64,000 nt of DNA from Alphaproteobacteria bacterium (GTDB lineage Bacteria; Pseudomonadota; Alphaproteobacteria; UBA7985), in contig CBFIEF010000004.1 of the NCBI GenBank assembly GCA_965661545.1, positions 1,831-65,830 of the forward strand, given 5' to 3'. Below are positions 29,642 through 39,070 of this stretch, in pieces. Position 1 is the stretch's first letter. Every line of letters begins with the position of its first letter. Below the pieces are notes generated by a model. It was not told where the DNA came from and made no database searches. It saw only the letters and a list, made by a program, of their open reading frames with translations. Position numbers and translations under genes: made by a program.

Positions 29642-31000
29642 TTAGAGCGAGGCTGCGCCCGAGGCTGGAAAAGCACGATATTCGCAGTGAGAGCGGGGAC
29701 AAAGTCGGCAGTTTGTCCCAACAGGCGAGGGCGTCACGTTCCGCAAGGAATCAGCGTAAATCACTTGGTCCGCATGCTCGAACGAACACCCAAGAACCAC
29801 GGTCAAACGCCGCTGCGGGCGCCCAGCGAGCGGCACGCCTTTGCGGATGGATTTCGCGAGTGAGAGAAACTCGCCACCCTCAGGCAATTGGACTTTATCG
29901 ACGCCCAAGTTCCCCGGATGTCGAGGCGCGTTAACGATGGACCATGCCGGGCAGGCTCCACCGTATCGAGAAAAGGAAAATCCGCCCGCGCTGAACCGCT
30001 TAGATACGTTGCCCGCGGCGTCCATGCGCAACAAAAAGAAGGGCAGCGCGCGCGTGCCGGGTCGCTGAAGCGTTGTGAGCCGGTGGGCCACTTGCTCGAA
30101 ACTGGCGCCAAAGCGGGCCTGGAGAATATCGATGTCGTGCCGGGTCTCTAGCGCAGCTTCCGTGAACCGAGCGTAGGGCATCATTAGCGCGGCGGCGAAG
30201 TAGCTCGTGAGCGTGGTTCGCAGCATCGCCTCACTCGCGGGTTCGCGCAATGCCGTCGCCGCGATGATTTCGTTGATCTCGTCCCGCAACCGCAGATCCG
30301 CCACGATCTTACCCAAAGCGAAAACACGCGTTTCGGGCGGAGCCAGTTCGTTGAACAACACGCGTTTGCCGTGAAAGTCGTGGCGGTAAGGCGTTGTCTC
30401 CATCACGCGCGCCGGCATGGAGCGGACGACGTGACCATGGGCCTCGGCCAGATGCCGGCTCAATCCCGTCTCTAGCGCGCTCTGTCGCAAACCGGCTTCG
30501 TCGGACAAGTCTTCAGCTGCTGTTTCCAGCATGGGAAAATGGTTCTGGCGGGCCTCGAGCACATCGAGCAGTTCATCGACCTCCGCGGGACGCCCCAGAA
30601 CAGCCTCTCCCACAGCCCGACTTTCTACCCCACTCCCCTGCTGCAGTCGGCTGTAAACCAGCTGCAAAGCTTCAACGACCATGGGCACCCGCTCCACAGC
30701 ATCACGCAAATCTTGGCGCGTGAGGTCCAAACTGGCGAACAGCGGGTCGGCGAGGACTTCTTGCAGGCGAGACGACTGCGTGTCGGTGTCATCAATGGCG
30801 AATTCCTGAATGTTCACGCCAAAGGCATCGCCCAAGCGCAGCAGGACATTCACGGTGATTGGACGTTGATTGTGCTCGATGAGATTCAGGTACGCGGCGG
30901 AGATGCCCAGATCGTGCGCCATCTGGGCTTGAGTCACGCCTTCTTCGCGCCGCAAGCGGCGCAATTTGTGACCGATGAAAAGCTTACGTTCCGCAACCAT
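29642..31000 (-). CDS. XRE-family HTH regulator with C-terminal DUF2083 domain (ScfR/RamB-like short-chain fatty acyl-CoA regulator)
   Basis: N-terminus 'LRRLRREEGVTQAQMAHDLGISAAYLNLIEHNQRPITVNVL' XRE HTH; 452 aa; divergent from isocitrate lyase as in RamB/ScfR loci. Confidence 0.75.
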   Translation of the reverse strand: MVAERKLFIGHKLRRLRREEGVTQAQMAHDLGISAAYLNLIEHNQRPITVNVLLRLGDAFGVNIQEFAIDDTDTQSSRLQEVLADPLFASLDLTRQDLRDAVERVPMVVEALQLVYSRLQQGSGVESRAVGEAVLGRPAEVDELLDVLEARQNHFPMLETAAEDLSDEAGLRQSALETGLSRHLAEAHGHVVRSMPARVMETTPYRHDFHGKRVLFNELAPPETRVFALGKIVADLRLRDEINEIIAATALREPASEAMLRTTLTSYFAAALMMPYARFTEAALETRHDIDILQARFGASFEQVAHRLTTLQRPGTRALPFFLLRMDAAGNVSKRFSAGGFSFSRYGGACPAWSIVNAPRHPGNLGVDKVQLPEGGEFLSLAKSIRKGVPLAGRPQRRLTVVLGCSFEHADQVIYADSLRNVTPSPVGTNCRLCPRSHCEYRAFPASGAASL

Positions 31001-31157
31001 GTTTGACGTATAACACAGTTAATAATTTACACGCAAACACGCATTTTGTTTGTAAATCTTTTCAATCCAACACGGCCACGTCGGACAGGCGCAAAGACTT
31101 GCGGCATTTTGTCTTCACCTCTTTCTCCAACTCCAAACCTATCCGGGAGACAACAAG

Positions 31158-32483
31158 ATGTCGAAGACTCGCAAGGAACAAATCGCAGAACTCCAGCAGG
31201 ACTGGGCTACCAACCCACGTTGGGCCAACGTAAAGCGCGGCTACACCGCTGAAGACGTTGTTCGGCTGCGCGGCTCCAAAAACCGCGAAAATACCCTCGC
31301 TCGCGATGGTGCCCGCAAACTGTGGGAATTGATCAATCGCACCGGCGACGACAAAGCCGTTCGCTCGCTTGGCGCACTGACCGGCGGTCAGGCTGTACAG
31401 CAGGCCAAAGCAGGCATCGAAGCCATTTATCTTTCCGGCTGGCAGGTTGCTGCTGATGCCAACACCGCCCCAACAATGTACCCGGATCAGTCCCTGTACC
31501 CGGTGAACTCTGTGCCAGCGGTTGTTGAGCGCATCAACAACGCCTTTATCCGCGCGGATGAAATCCAGTGGGCCAAGGGCACAGAAGCGGGCGAAGAAGC
31601 GTTTATTGACTACTTTTTGCCGATCGTTGCTGATGCCGAAGCGGGCTTTGGTGGCGTTCTCAACGCTTTTGAGCTGGCCAAAGGTCTGATTTCTGCCGGC
31701 GCCGCAGGCGTCCACTTCGAGGATCAACTCGCGTCGGTAAAGAAGTGTGGCCACATGGGTGGCAAGGTTTTGGTTCCGACCCAAGATGCGGTTCAAAAGC
31801 TAATTTCGGCGCGCTTGGCGTCTGACGTTCTGGGTACTGACACCATCATTCTCGCCCGAACCGATGCCAACGCAGCGAACCTTGTGACGTCGGACGTTGA
31901 TCCGTACGACGCGCCGTTCATCACCGGCGAGCGCACCACCGAAGGCTTCTTTGAAACCCGCGCGGGGTTAGATCAAGCGATTTCCCGTGGTTTGGCCTAC
32001 GCGCCTTACGCTGATTTGGTTTGGTGCGAGACCGCAAAGCCAGACCTGGATGAGGCCCGCCGTTTTGCTGAGGCGATCAAGAAGGAATACCCGGACCAGC
32101 TGCTGTCTTACAACTGCTCACCGTCCTTCAACTGGAAGCGCAACCTCGACGACGCGACCATCGCCAAGTTCCAAACCGAGCTTGCAGCCATGGGTTACCG
32201 CTACCAGTTCATCACCCTGGCGGGCATCCACTCCATGTGGAACTCCATGTTCCGTCTGGCGAACGACTACGCTCAGCGCGGCATGTCCGCTTACGTGGAG
32301 CTACAGGAGCAGGAATTCGCTGATGCTGAGAAGGGCTACACCTTTGTATCCCACCAGCAGGAAGTGGGCGCTGGCTACTTTGACGATGTGACAACCACCA
32401 TCCAGGGTGGCACGTCTTCTGTGACGGCACTGACCGGCTCGACTGAAGAAGAACAGTTCGACGTACAAGCCGCCGCTTCCTAG
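31158..32483 (+). CDS. aceA: isocitrate lyase
   Basis: 441 aa; signature K-K-C-G-H (…[16 protein letters not shown]…); N-terminus typical of ICL. Confidence 0.92.
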   Translation: MSKTRKEQIAELQQDWATNPRWANVKRGYTAEDVVRLRGSKNRENTLARDGARKLWELINRTGDDKAVRSLGALTGGQAVQQAKAGIEAIYLSGWQVAADANTAPTMYPDQSLYPVNSVPAVVERINNAFIRADEIQWAKGTEAGEEAFIDYFLPIVADAEAGFGGVLNAFELAKGLISAGAAGVHFEDQLASVKKCGHMGGKVLVPTQDAVQKLISARLASDVLGTDTIILARTDANAANLVTSDVDPYDAPFITGERTTEGFFETRAGLDQAISRGLAYAPYADLVWCETAKPDLDEARRFAEAIKKEYPDQLLSYNCSPSFNWKRNLDDATIAKFQTELAAMGYRYQFITLAGIHSMWNSMFRLANDYAQRGMSAYVELQEQEFADAEKGYTFVSHQQEVGAGYFDDVTTTIQGGTSSVTALTGSTEEEQFDVQAAAS

Positions 32484-32527
32484 GCGCTTCGATCATATCG
32501 GAGCCACTTACCACCAAGGCTCCAGAC

Positions 32528-32559
32528 AGAGGGGGGCCAACAGGCCCCTCTTTTTGTTT
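32528..32559 (+). terminator. intrinsic terminator after aceA
   Basis: aGAGGGGGGCCaacaGGCCCCTCtttttgttt. Confidence 0.7.
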
Positions 32560-32624
32560 AATCCGAACCCATCTCAACTCCGACCCCATCTTTACCCACC
32601 TAACTCAGCAATGGAGAACGAACC

Positions 32625-32897
32625 ATGTCAGCTACAGGACCAGCAGAAACTGCATCCGCCACCGAAGCCCGTCCCGCCACGACGTTCTTCTACGTGATCG
32701 GGGGTGAATTCACCGATACATCCTTTGAGTCTGTATTAACGCGCTCGAACCAGATCCACGGTCCTTTCAAGACCCACGACGAAGCACTCAGCAAGTGGCG
32801 GTCCCTGTCCTTTCAGGAAACCGGAAACGCGCAAGTTCGTTACGAGATTGCTGAAGTGGCCCATCGTATGGATCGCCGGACGATCCTGCTGGGCTAG
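32625..32897 (+). CDS. DUF4170 domain-containing protein
   Basis: 90 aa; '…FFYVIGGEFTDTSFESVLTRSNQIHGPFKTHDEALSKWRSLSFQETGNAQVRYEIAEV…' fits the remembered DUF4170 pattern. Confidence 0.5.
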   Translation: MSATGPAETASATEARPATTFFYVIGGEFTDTSFESVLTRSNQIHGPFKTHDEALSKWRSLSFQETGNAQVRYEIAEVAHRMDRRTILLG

Positions 32898-32944
32898 ACC
32901 CGTCCGCCACTAAGACGACGCGGGGTTCCTGCTTGTGTTGGGCT

Positions 32945-33442
32945 TCAGGAACCCTGCTCTTTGCTGGCGCATTGATCATCGCGCATTTCGCGCTGGCGCA
33001 TGGGCATGCCATCGATTTGCGGGTAGATGGCATTGACGTTGTCCGGCAATAGTGACCGTCGCTTTTCCCAGCCATCCTTGCCGACCAAAATAAGCGCAAA
33101 GCCGCTTTCGACGTTGAAAGCTTGCCGAAGATCAGCGTTAGAGGCTGTTTCCAAAGGCGCTTCTTCCACACCTCCCCCACCGAACCAAACGCCTGTCGCC
33201 GTCACGGGCTGATCCGCGTAGATTTCCAGCAGCAAGAGATCACGATTGTTGAAGTCACAGCGGTCTTTAAGCAGGTCGAGCCGCTGCGCATAGGCCCAAG
33301 GGTCCGCCGCCTGGTCCGCAAACAGCAGCAGCACGCGCCGTTCCCACTGAAAGGGGTCAAGCGGTCCGCTTTGTGCTTGCGTGGTACCACTGACCATGGC
33401 GGCAATCAGCGCCAGCAGACTAACGGCGACCTTAGCTCTCAT
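32945..33442 (-). CDS. secreted hypothetical protein (possibly DUF4174)
   Basis: Signal peptide MRAKVAVSLLALIAAMVSGTTQA; 165 aa. Confidence 0.4.
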   Translation of the reverse strand: MRAKVAVSLLALIAAMVSGTTQAQSGPLDPFQWERRVLLLFADQAADPWAYAQRLDLLKDRCDFNNRDLLLLEIYADQPVTATGVWFGGGGVEEAPLETASNADLRQAFNVESGFALILVGKDGWEKRRSLLPDNVNAIYPQIDGMPMRQREMRDDQCASKEQGS

Positions 33443-34475
33443 TTCCCGTCACTGAGGTCCGCTCCAGCGCCTCAATAAAGGTGTCGGTCGCCGCTTCCCA
33501 CGAGAAACCTTCTGCGTAGGTTCGGGCGTCCTCGGACTTCAGATCCAATGACGTCAGGCACGCTTCCTGCAAATCGTCGCGCAACGTTCCAGCGCGAGGG
33601 TCCGTGATCACGTCCTTCGGGCCCGTTACAGGGTAGGCCGCAACCGGAGTTCCAGCAGCGCAGGCTTCAAGCAGAACCAAGCCAAAGGTGTCAGTCTTGG
33701 ACGGGAAGACAAATACGTCAGCATCGGCATAGGCCGCCGCCAACTCATCACCATGCAGGGGACCAGTGAAGACTGCTTCGGGATATTTAATCTTTAGCGA
33801 TTCCAGCGAAGGACCGGAGCCAACGATCATTTTCGTACCGGGCAGATCGAGCTTGAGGAAAGACTCAATGTTCTTTTCCACCGCCACACGGCCAACATAG
33901 ACAAAGACGGGACGAGCCAGATCTGCGACGTGGCTCGACGGCTTCTTCGAAGGGTGGAACTGCTCGAGATCGACGCCGCGCGGCCACAAGTGGGTGTGCT
34001 TGATCCCAAAATCAGCCAACTCGTCGGCCATGCCTTGATTGGTCACGAGAACGCGCTGCGCGGGACGATGAAACCACTCCAGCCAACGCCACAACCACTC
34101 TGCCGGAACGCCGGTGCGCTCGTTGATATATTCAGCGAGTTTGGTGTGGAACGACGTGGTGAATGGGATTTTGTTACGTTGACAAAAAGAGCGCGCCGCC
34201 ATGCCCAACGGGCCTTCGGTCGCCACGTGTATGGCGTCAATTGCGCCATTTTCGTCGATGATCTTCTTGATCCGCCGACTGACTTCACCCGGCCAGAACA
34301 GCGCGAGGCCGATCTCCTGATACATGGGCATCGGCATGTTGATATCAAACAGGTCCGGCGTAATCCGGCTGAACGTATGCCCTTTGTCCTCGACGATTTT
34401 GCGGGTGGTATCGAGCGTGCGGACCACGCCGTTGATTTGCGGATACCAAGCGTCACTGACCAGAAGAATATGCAT
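33432..34475 (-). CDS. glycosyltransferase family 4 (GT-B, group 1) protein
   Basis: MHILLVSDAWYPQINGVVRTL… N-terminus and C-terminal EX7E-like region typical of GT4. Confidence 0.75.
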   Translation of the reverse strand: MHILLVSDAWYPQINGVVRTLDTTRKIVEDKGHTFSRITPDLFDINMPMPMYQEIGLALFWPGEVSRRIKKIIDENGAIDAIHVATEGPLGMAARSFCQRNKIPFTTSFHTKLAEYINERTGVPAEWLWRWLEWFHRPAQRVLVTNQGMADELADFGIKHTHLWPRGVDLEQFHPSKKPSSHVADLARPVFVYVGRVAVEKNIESFLKLDLPGTKMIVGSGPSLESLKIKYPEAVFTGPLHGDELAAAYADADVFVFPSKTDTFGLVLLEACAAGTPVAAYPVTGPKDVITDPRAGTLRDDLQEACLTSLDLKSEDARTYAEGFSWEAATDTFIEALERTSVTGNES

Positions 34476-35245
34476 CAGGCCACGAACTCCTTTTCATCAA
34501 CCAAGCCTGAGTCTGACCAGTACAGCAGACTCAGAGTGCCAGTTTTATCTTCAACCAAGGCGGTACACGATTCCACCCAATCCCCACAGTTTGCGTAGGT
34601 AAAGCCGTCCTTGGTGTTCAAGGCTGGACGGTGGATATGCCCCGCGATGGCACCTACCGCGCCCAGAGCTTGCGCTTCGCGCCTCAGTCCGCGCTCAAAA
34701 GCGCCTTGGGGTTGGAATATCCGCTTGGACAAACTCTTTACCCGCGCAGGCATAGATCGCGCCCATCCAAAGCCCGGTACTCTGGCAAGTTCCCGCATCA
34801 TAGCAGTGTACCCTTCGTACAGCACATGACCGAACTTGGACAACCACTCCATATTTTGCGTCACAGCATCAAACTGATCGCCGTGCGAGACATAAAACAG
34901 TCGGCCATCGGCAAGGGCGTGGGTGTCGTTCAAGCGCAGATCCACGCCGCGATAGCGCTCAACATCCAGCACGCGCCGCACCATATCGTCGTGGTTGCCG
35001 GGAATGTAGATCACACGCGTACCGGTGCTGACCAGCCGATCAATCTCAGCCAGCACAGCATCATCAGTCTGCGACCAATGCCAATGCCGCTGCAAGGCCC
35101 AGCCGTCGATCATGTCGCCGACCAGATACAGCGTCTCGCACGAAAGGGTCTGGAGAAAAGACAGCAGGGTCCGACTGCGGACTCCCGTCATTCCCAGGTG
35201 CACGTCAGAGATGAACACGGTTCGAAAGGCAGGTGTGGCTGTCAT
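34475..35245 (-). CDS. calcineurin-like metallophosphoesterase, LpxH-like (UDP-2,3-diacylglucosamine diphosphatase family)
   Basis: FISDVHLG…GDMIDGW…GNHDD motifs (D-X-H…GD…GNH[DE]); ATGA overlap with the GT4 gene. Confidence 0.7.
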   Translation of the reverse strand: MTATPAFRTVFISDVHLGMTGVRSRTLLSFLQTLSCETLYLVGDMIDGWALQRHWHWSQTDDAVLAEIDRLVSTGTRVIYIPGNHDDMVRRVLDVERYRGVDLRLNDTHALADGRLFYVSHGDQFDAVTQNMEWLSKFGHVLYEGYTAMMRELARVPGFGWARSMPARVKSLSKRIFQPQGAFERGLRREAQALGAVGAIAGHIHRPALNTKDGFTYANCGDWVESCTALVEDKTGTLSLLYWSDSGLVDEKEFVA

Positions 35246-35402
35246 GCCGTAGAGATATTCTCGCGTAACCAAAAAAGTGCCTCCTTTTACGAGCCAGAGG
35301 GAAGCGCGCCTAGGCCCAAAAAGGCATGTCCCCCCGTCATCCCGCATCGACAAGGCGCGTCAGGTGGGTAAAGTCATCTCGTTAATGGGAGAGGAGAAAC
35401 AC

Positions 35403-36191
35403 ATGCGGCCCAATAAAATCCGTCAAATCTGGAAAAACGGCGGTGCCGTTGCCAACGGCTGGCTGGCTACGCCGGCGGCCTTTACCGCTGAAGTGATGGC
35501 GCATTGTGGCTGGGACAGTGTGACTGTCGACATGCAGCACGGCCTGATCGACTACCAAGTAGCCGTTTCTCAGTTTCAAGCGATCTCGACCACAGATGTG
35601 GTGCCGTTTGTGCGCGTGCCTTGGCTGGATGCGGGGTTGATCATGAAGGTGCTAGACGCGGGCGCTTATGGGGTGATTTGCCCCATGATTAACAACGGCG
35701 ACGATGCCCGCTTGTTTGCGCACTACGCCTCCTACCCGCCCGTTGGCACCCGATCCTTTGGCCCCGTTCGCGCATCGATTTATGGCGGCGCTGATTACAC
35801 CGACAAAGCCAATGACGAAATCATCCGCATGGCCATGGTGGAGACCAAAGAAGGGCTGGAGAAGGTGGACGAGATCGTCAACACCGACGGCATCGACGCC
35901 ATTTACGTTGGCCCCAATGACCTCGCCAACGCACTGGGCCAGCGCCCGACGCTGGATACAGAAAACGAGGTCGTACTAAAAGCCTTCGAGACCATCATCA
36001 CCGCTTGTCGGAACGCAGGAAAACCCGTGGGACTGCATAATGGTTCAGCGGCCTACGCGGTCCGTATGATCGAGATGGGCTTCCAGTTTGTGACCGTTCA
36101 ATCGGACGCCGGCATCCTGAAGAACGCTGCAACCTCGATTGTTGCGGAGATCAAAGGCGGCGCTGCGAAAGTGGACACGTCCTCTTACTGA
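35403..36191 (+). CDS. HpcH/HpaI aldolase/citrate lyase family protein
   Basis: MRPNKIRQIWKNGGAVANGWL…TVDMQHG… matches HpaI-type aldolases. Confidence 0.8.
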   Translation: MRPNKIRQIWKNGGAVANGWLATPAAFTAEVMAHCGWDSVTVDMQHGLIDYQVAVSQFQAISTTDVVPFVRVPWLDAGLIMKVLDAGAYGVICPMINNGDDARLFAHYASYPPVGTRSFGPVRASIYGGADYTDKANDEIIRMAMVETKEGLEKVDEIVNTDGIDAIYVGPNDLANALGQRPTLDTENEVVLKAFETIITACRNAGKPVGLHNGSAAYAVRMIEMGFQFVTVQSDAGILKNAATSIVAEIKGGAAKVDTSSY

Positions 36192-36195
36192 TCCG

Positions 36196-37209
36196 TTACA
36201 TCCAGTCCATGATAACCGGCACCAGCGGCACGTCCGCTGGTGGCATTTCCAAGTCACGCAGCTCAAACTTTGAGACCCACTTGAGCGCTTGTCCTTCTCG
36301 ACCCGTTGGCTCGCCTGTCCACTTGCGCGCCGCATAGACGGGCATCATCAGGTGAAACTTGGGATAAGGGAAACTGGCAAAGGTCAGCGGGGCAAGGCAC
36401 CCGATCCCGACGTCGATCCCGAGTTCTTCCTGCAATTCGCGGATCAGCGCGGCCTCTGGCCCTTCATTGGGTTCCATTTTACCACCAGGAAACTCCCACA
36501 AGCCTTCCAGCGCCTTACCCTTGGGCCGCTGAGCGACCAGCACCTGATCGTGCTCATTGAACAAAGCAGCGGCGACAACCCAAACCACAGGCACCCGCCG
36601 ATCCAGCTGCGGCTGCATCGTACAACCGCCGGAAAACACAAACTCATCGAATTCAGTCCGCGCCATGGTGGTGTCCAGATGCTGCTGCTTGCCGGCGTGG
36701 AGCGTCTCAATCGTGCCTTCGGACCAGCCATCGAACCCGCACTTTTCCAGCACCCGCTTCGACGCTGGATTGCCAATCAGAACGCCGGACTCAATGACCG
36801 GAAGCTCCATGTACCAATAGCCAAAGGTAAGCGCATGAAACGCCGCCTCCGTCGCGACGCCGCGACCCCAAGCATGCGGAGCAAACCAGTAGCCGATGTG
36901 CCATCCGCCGCGCTGCGAATCCAAACCCACGAACCCCAACGGCTCCCCGCTGACACGATCCTTGACCACCCAGCGCACAGCTTCACGTGCCTTGAAGGTG
37001 GCTTGTGACAGATCCAAGAACGTCTGCGCGCCGTCTTCGGGATAGGGATGCGGAACCCGCGCCAGCCACTGTGCAACCTTCCTCTCCGCCGCATAGCGCT
37101 GGACGAAATCGAGGTGTGCGGGGCCAAAGAGCTCCAGCGTCAGATTGGGCGTACTGAATTCAGCCAACTGAGCGGTGTCCGGGAACCACTTGGGCGCAAC
37201 GTCACTCAC
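36196..37209 (-). CDS. bifunctional GNAT N-acetyltransferase / NUDIX (MutT-like 8-oxo-dGTP diphosphatase) fusion protein
   Basis: N-terminal half is a RimJ/L-like GNAT; C-terminal half carries the Nudix box 'GGKMEPNEGPEAALIRELQEELGI'; GTG start overlaps the argJ stop. Confidence 0.75.
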   Translation of the reverse strand: MSDVAPKWFPDTAQLAEFSTPNLTLELFGPAHLDFVQRYAAERKVAQWLARVPHPYPEDGAQTFLDLSQATFKAREAVRWVVKDRVSGEPLGFVGLDSQRGGWHIGYWFAPHAWGRGVATEAAFHALTFGYWYMELPVIESGVLIGNPASKRVLEKCGFDGWSEGTIETLHAGKQQHLDTTMARTEFDEFVFSGGCTMQPQLDRRVPVVWVVAAALFNEHDQVLVAQRPKGKALEGLWEFPGGKMEPNEGPEAALIRELQEELGIDVGIGCLAPLTFASFPYPKFHLMMPVYAARKWTGEPTGREGQALKWVSKFELRDLEMPPADVPLVPVIMDWM

Positions 37210-38408
37210 GAGCGGTAATCTCCGTTGATGGTGATATAGCCGTGGGTCAGGTCACAGGTCCGCACGCGCGCCTGCCCGGTGTTCAACCCCAATTCAACGC
37301 GAATGGTGATCTCGTCGCCCTGCATATAGGCGGATACGGTTTCCTCATCATAGGCCATGTCGCGCAAGCCGTTTTCGGCGACGCGGTGCGGGCCGAACCA
37401 GATGCTTAGCCGATCGCGATCAGCCGGTTCACCTGCCTTGCCTACGGCCATGACCACCCGGCCCCAGTTCGCGTCTTGCCCCGCTACAGCGGTTTTGACC
37501 AGAGGCGAATTTGCGATGGATAGCCCGATGATTTTAGCTGACGCGTCGCTCTGTGCGCCTTCAACTTCGATGGTGATAAGCTTGGATGCGCCCTCGCCAT
37601 CTCGGGCCAGCATTTCGGCCAGTTGGTCGCAAACATCAAAGATTGCTGCGCCGACGGCTTGCAGGTTGTCAGGGGCCGCACCGCCGCCCAGGGCGAAGGC
37701 GAGAACAGTATCGCTGGTAGACGTATCGCTATCAACGGTGATGCTGTTGAAGGTCTTTTCCGCCACTTCCGACAATGTTCGTTGCAGCCAGTCTGCGGGG
37801 AGCGGCGCGTCGATTATGATGTAGCCCAGCATGGTCGCCATATCTGGCGCAATCATGCCCGAGCCTTTGCAGATCCCTGTCACCGTCACGCCGCCTGCTT
37901 TCGCAACAGCCCACTTGGGGAACGTGTCAGTGGTCATGATGGCCCTTGCCGCGCCCTCAAGGCTTTGTTCCGATGCCTGCTCGGCCAATAGGCCCGCAGC
38001 CGCTGAGATTGCCTCAGCCTCCAGCGGTTCGCCGATCACGCCGGTCGAAGACAGCAACACGTCCTTCGCTGCGCAGCCCACCGCCGCCGCTACGGCCTGT
38101 GCCGTTGTCTCACAGGCCGCGACGCCAATAGCGCCAGTAAAGGCGTTTGCGTTGCCTGCGTTGACCAACAGTGCCCGCGCCGTGCCGTCCTGCACAGCCT
38201 TGCGCGACCAATCAACAGGGGCACCGGGGCATTTAGACTTGGTGAAAACCCCCGCGACTGTGGTCCCCTCAGGGAAAACCGCCAGCGTGACGTCATCGCG
38301 CCCTTTATAGCGCGTTCCGGAGTTCCCTGTGGCCAGCTTCAACCCGGATACAGGCTCAAGCGTCGCCAACGTTTGTGGCTTTAACGGGGAGACAGGCAGT
38401 TGATCCAT
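37206..38408 (-). CDS. argJ: bifunctional glutamate N-acetyltransferase / amino-acid N-acetyltransferase ArgJ
   Basis: 400 aa; autoprocessing site context …ATMLGYI…; conserved ArgJ N-terminus. Confidence 0.9.
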   Translation of the reverse strand: MDQLPVSPLKPQTLATLEPVSGLKLATGNSGTRYKGRDDVTLAVFPEGTTVAGVFTKSKCPGAPVDWSRKAVQDGTARALLVNAGNANAFTGAIGVAACETTAQAVAAAVGCAAKDVLLSSTGVIGEPLEAEAISAAAGLLAEQASEQSLEGAARAIMTTDTFPKWAVAKAGGVTVTGICKGSGMIAPDMATMLGYIIIDAPLPADWLQRTLSEVAEKTFNSITVDSDTSTSDTVLAFALGGGAAPDNLQAVGAAIFDVCDQLAEMLARDGEGASKLITIEVEGAQSDASAKIIGLSIANSPLVKTAVAGQDANWGRVVMAVGKAGEPADRDRLSIWFGPHRVAENGLRDMAYDEETVSAYMQGDEITIRVELGLNTGQARVRTCDLTHGYITINGDYRS

Positions 38409-38509
38409 TCTTCACATTCCATTGCTCTTGCGCGCACCGGTCTTGAGCTTCAGTGCATCCTGTGGTTTGTCCCAGCAAATCACGGAACGCGGATCAGGAG
38501 AACTGCGAG

Positions 38510-39070
38510 ATGCAGACACGACCCTTGTTGAACCGTCTAGGCGGTGTGTTGGTTTTGATGGTGGCGGGACTCGCCTGGTATCTCAACCAACAAACCGCAC
38601 AGGCTGTTGATCTTGAAAACTACCAGCAGCGCGAAGCTTCGTCGAAGGTTTGTGGCTATGACCTTGGTCTCGATGGGCCAGAAGTGGAAACGTTGGTGGC
38701 GTTCGGAGAAGAACAGGGGGTCCGCTTTCCCTATGCTTTCGCACAAGTCACCGCGTATCTGTGGCTGATAGGTGAGCTGCCAGACTGCTACATGACCAAG
38801 AGCGTCGCGCGCGGACAAGGTTGGAAAAGCGCCGGAACAACCGTCGATGATATCAACATCGATGGGGCCATCGGCGGGGATACCTTTGGCAACCGCGAAG
38901 GCCGCCTGCCCCAGCGCCCCCGCAACCGCTACGCCGAAGCGGATCTGGATTACGTGCGCGGCAATCGCGGCGCAGCCAGACTGGTTTACGACCGTGAATT
39001 GACAGATCGCGGGTTCATTTGGGTCACTGTTGACCACTACGACAGCTTTCAGCGCATTCCGGAGTTATGA
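38510..39070 (+). CDS. secreted barnase-like guanyl-specific ribonuclease (RNase N1/T1/Ba family)
   Basis: Signal/TM MQTRPLLNRLGGVLVLMVAGLAWYL; C-terminal domain aligns with Bacillus barnase: YMTKSVARGQGW (YITKSEAQALGW), GGDTFGNREGRLP (GGDIFSNREGKLP), YAEADLDYVRGNRGAARLVY (WREADINYTSGFRNSDRILY), VTVDHYDSFQRI (KTTDHYQTFTKI); catalytic Lys/Glu/Arg/His all present; RBS ggagaa 8 nt upstream. Confidence 0.8.
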   Translation: MQTRPLLNRLGGVLVLMVAGLAWYLNQQTAQAVDLENYQQREASSKVCGYDLGLDGPEVETLVAFGEEQGVRFPYAFAQVTAYLWLIGELPDCYMTKSVARGQGWKSAGTTVDDINIDGAIGGDTFGNREGRLPQRPRNRYAEADLDYVRGNRGAARLVYDRELTDRGFIWVTVDHYDSFQRIPEL

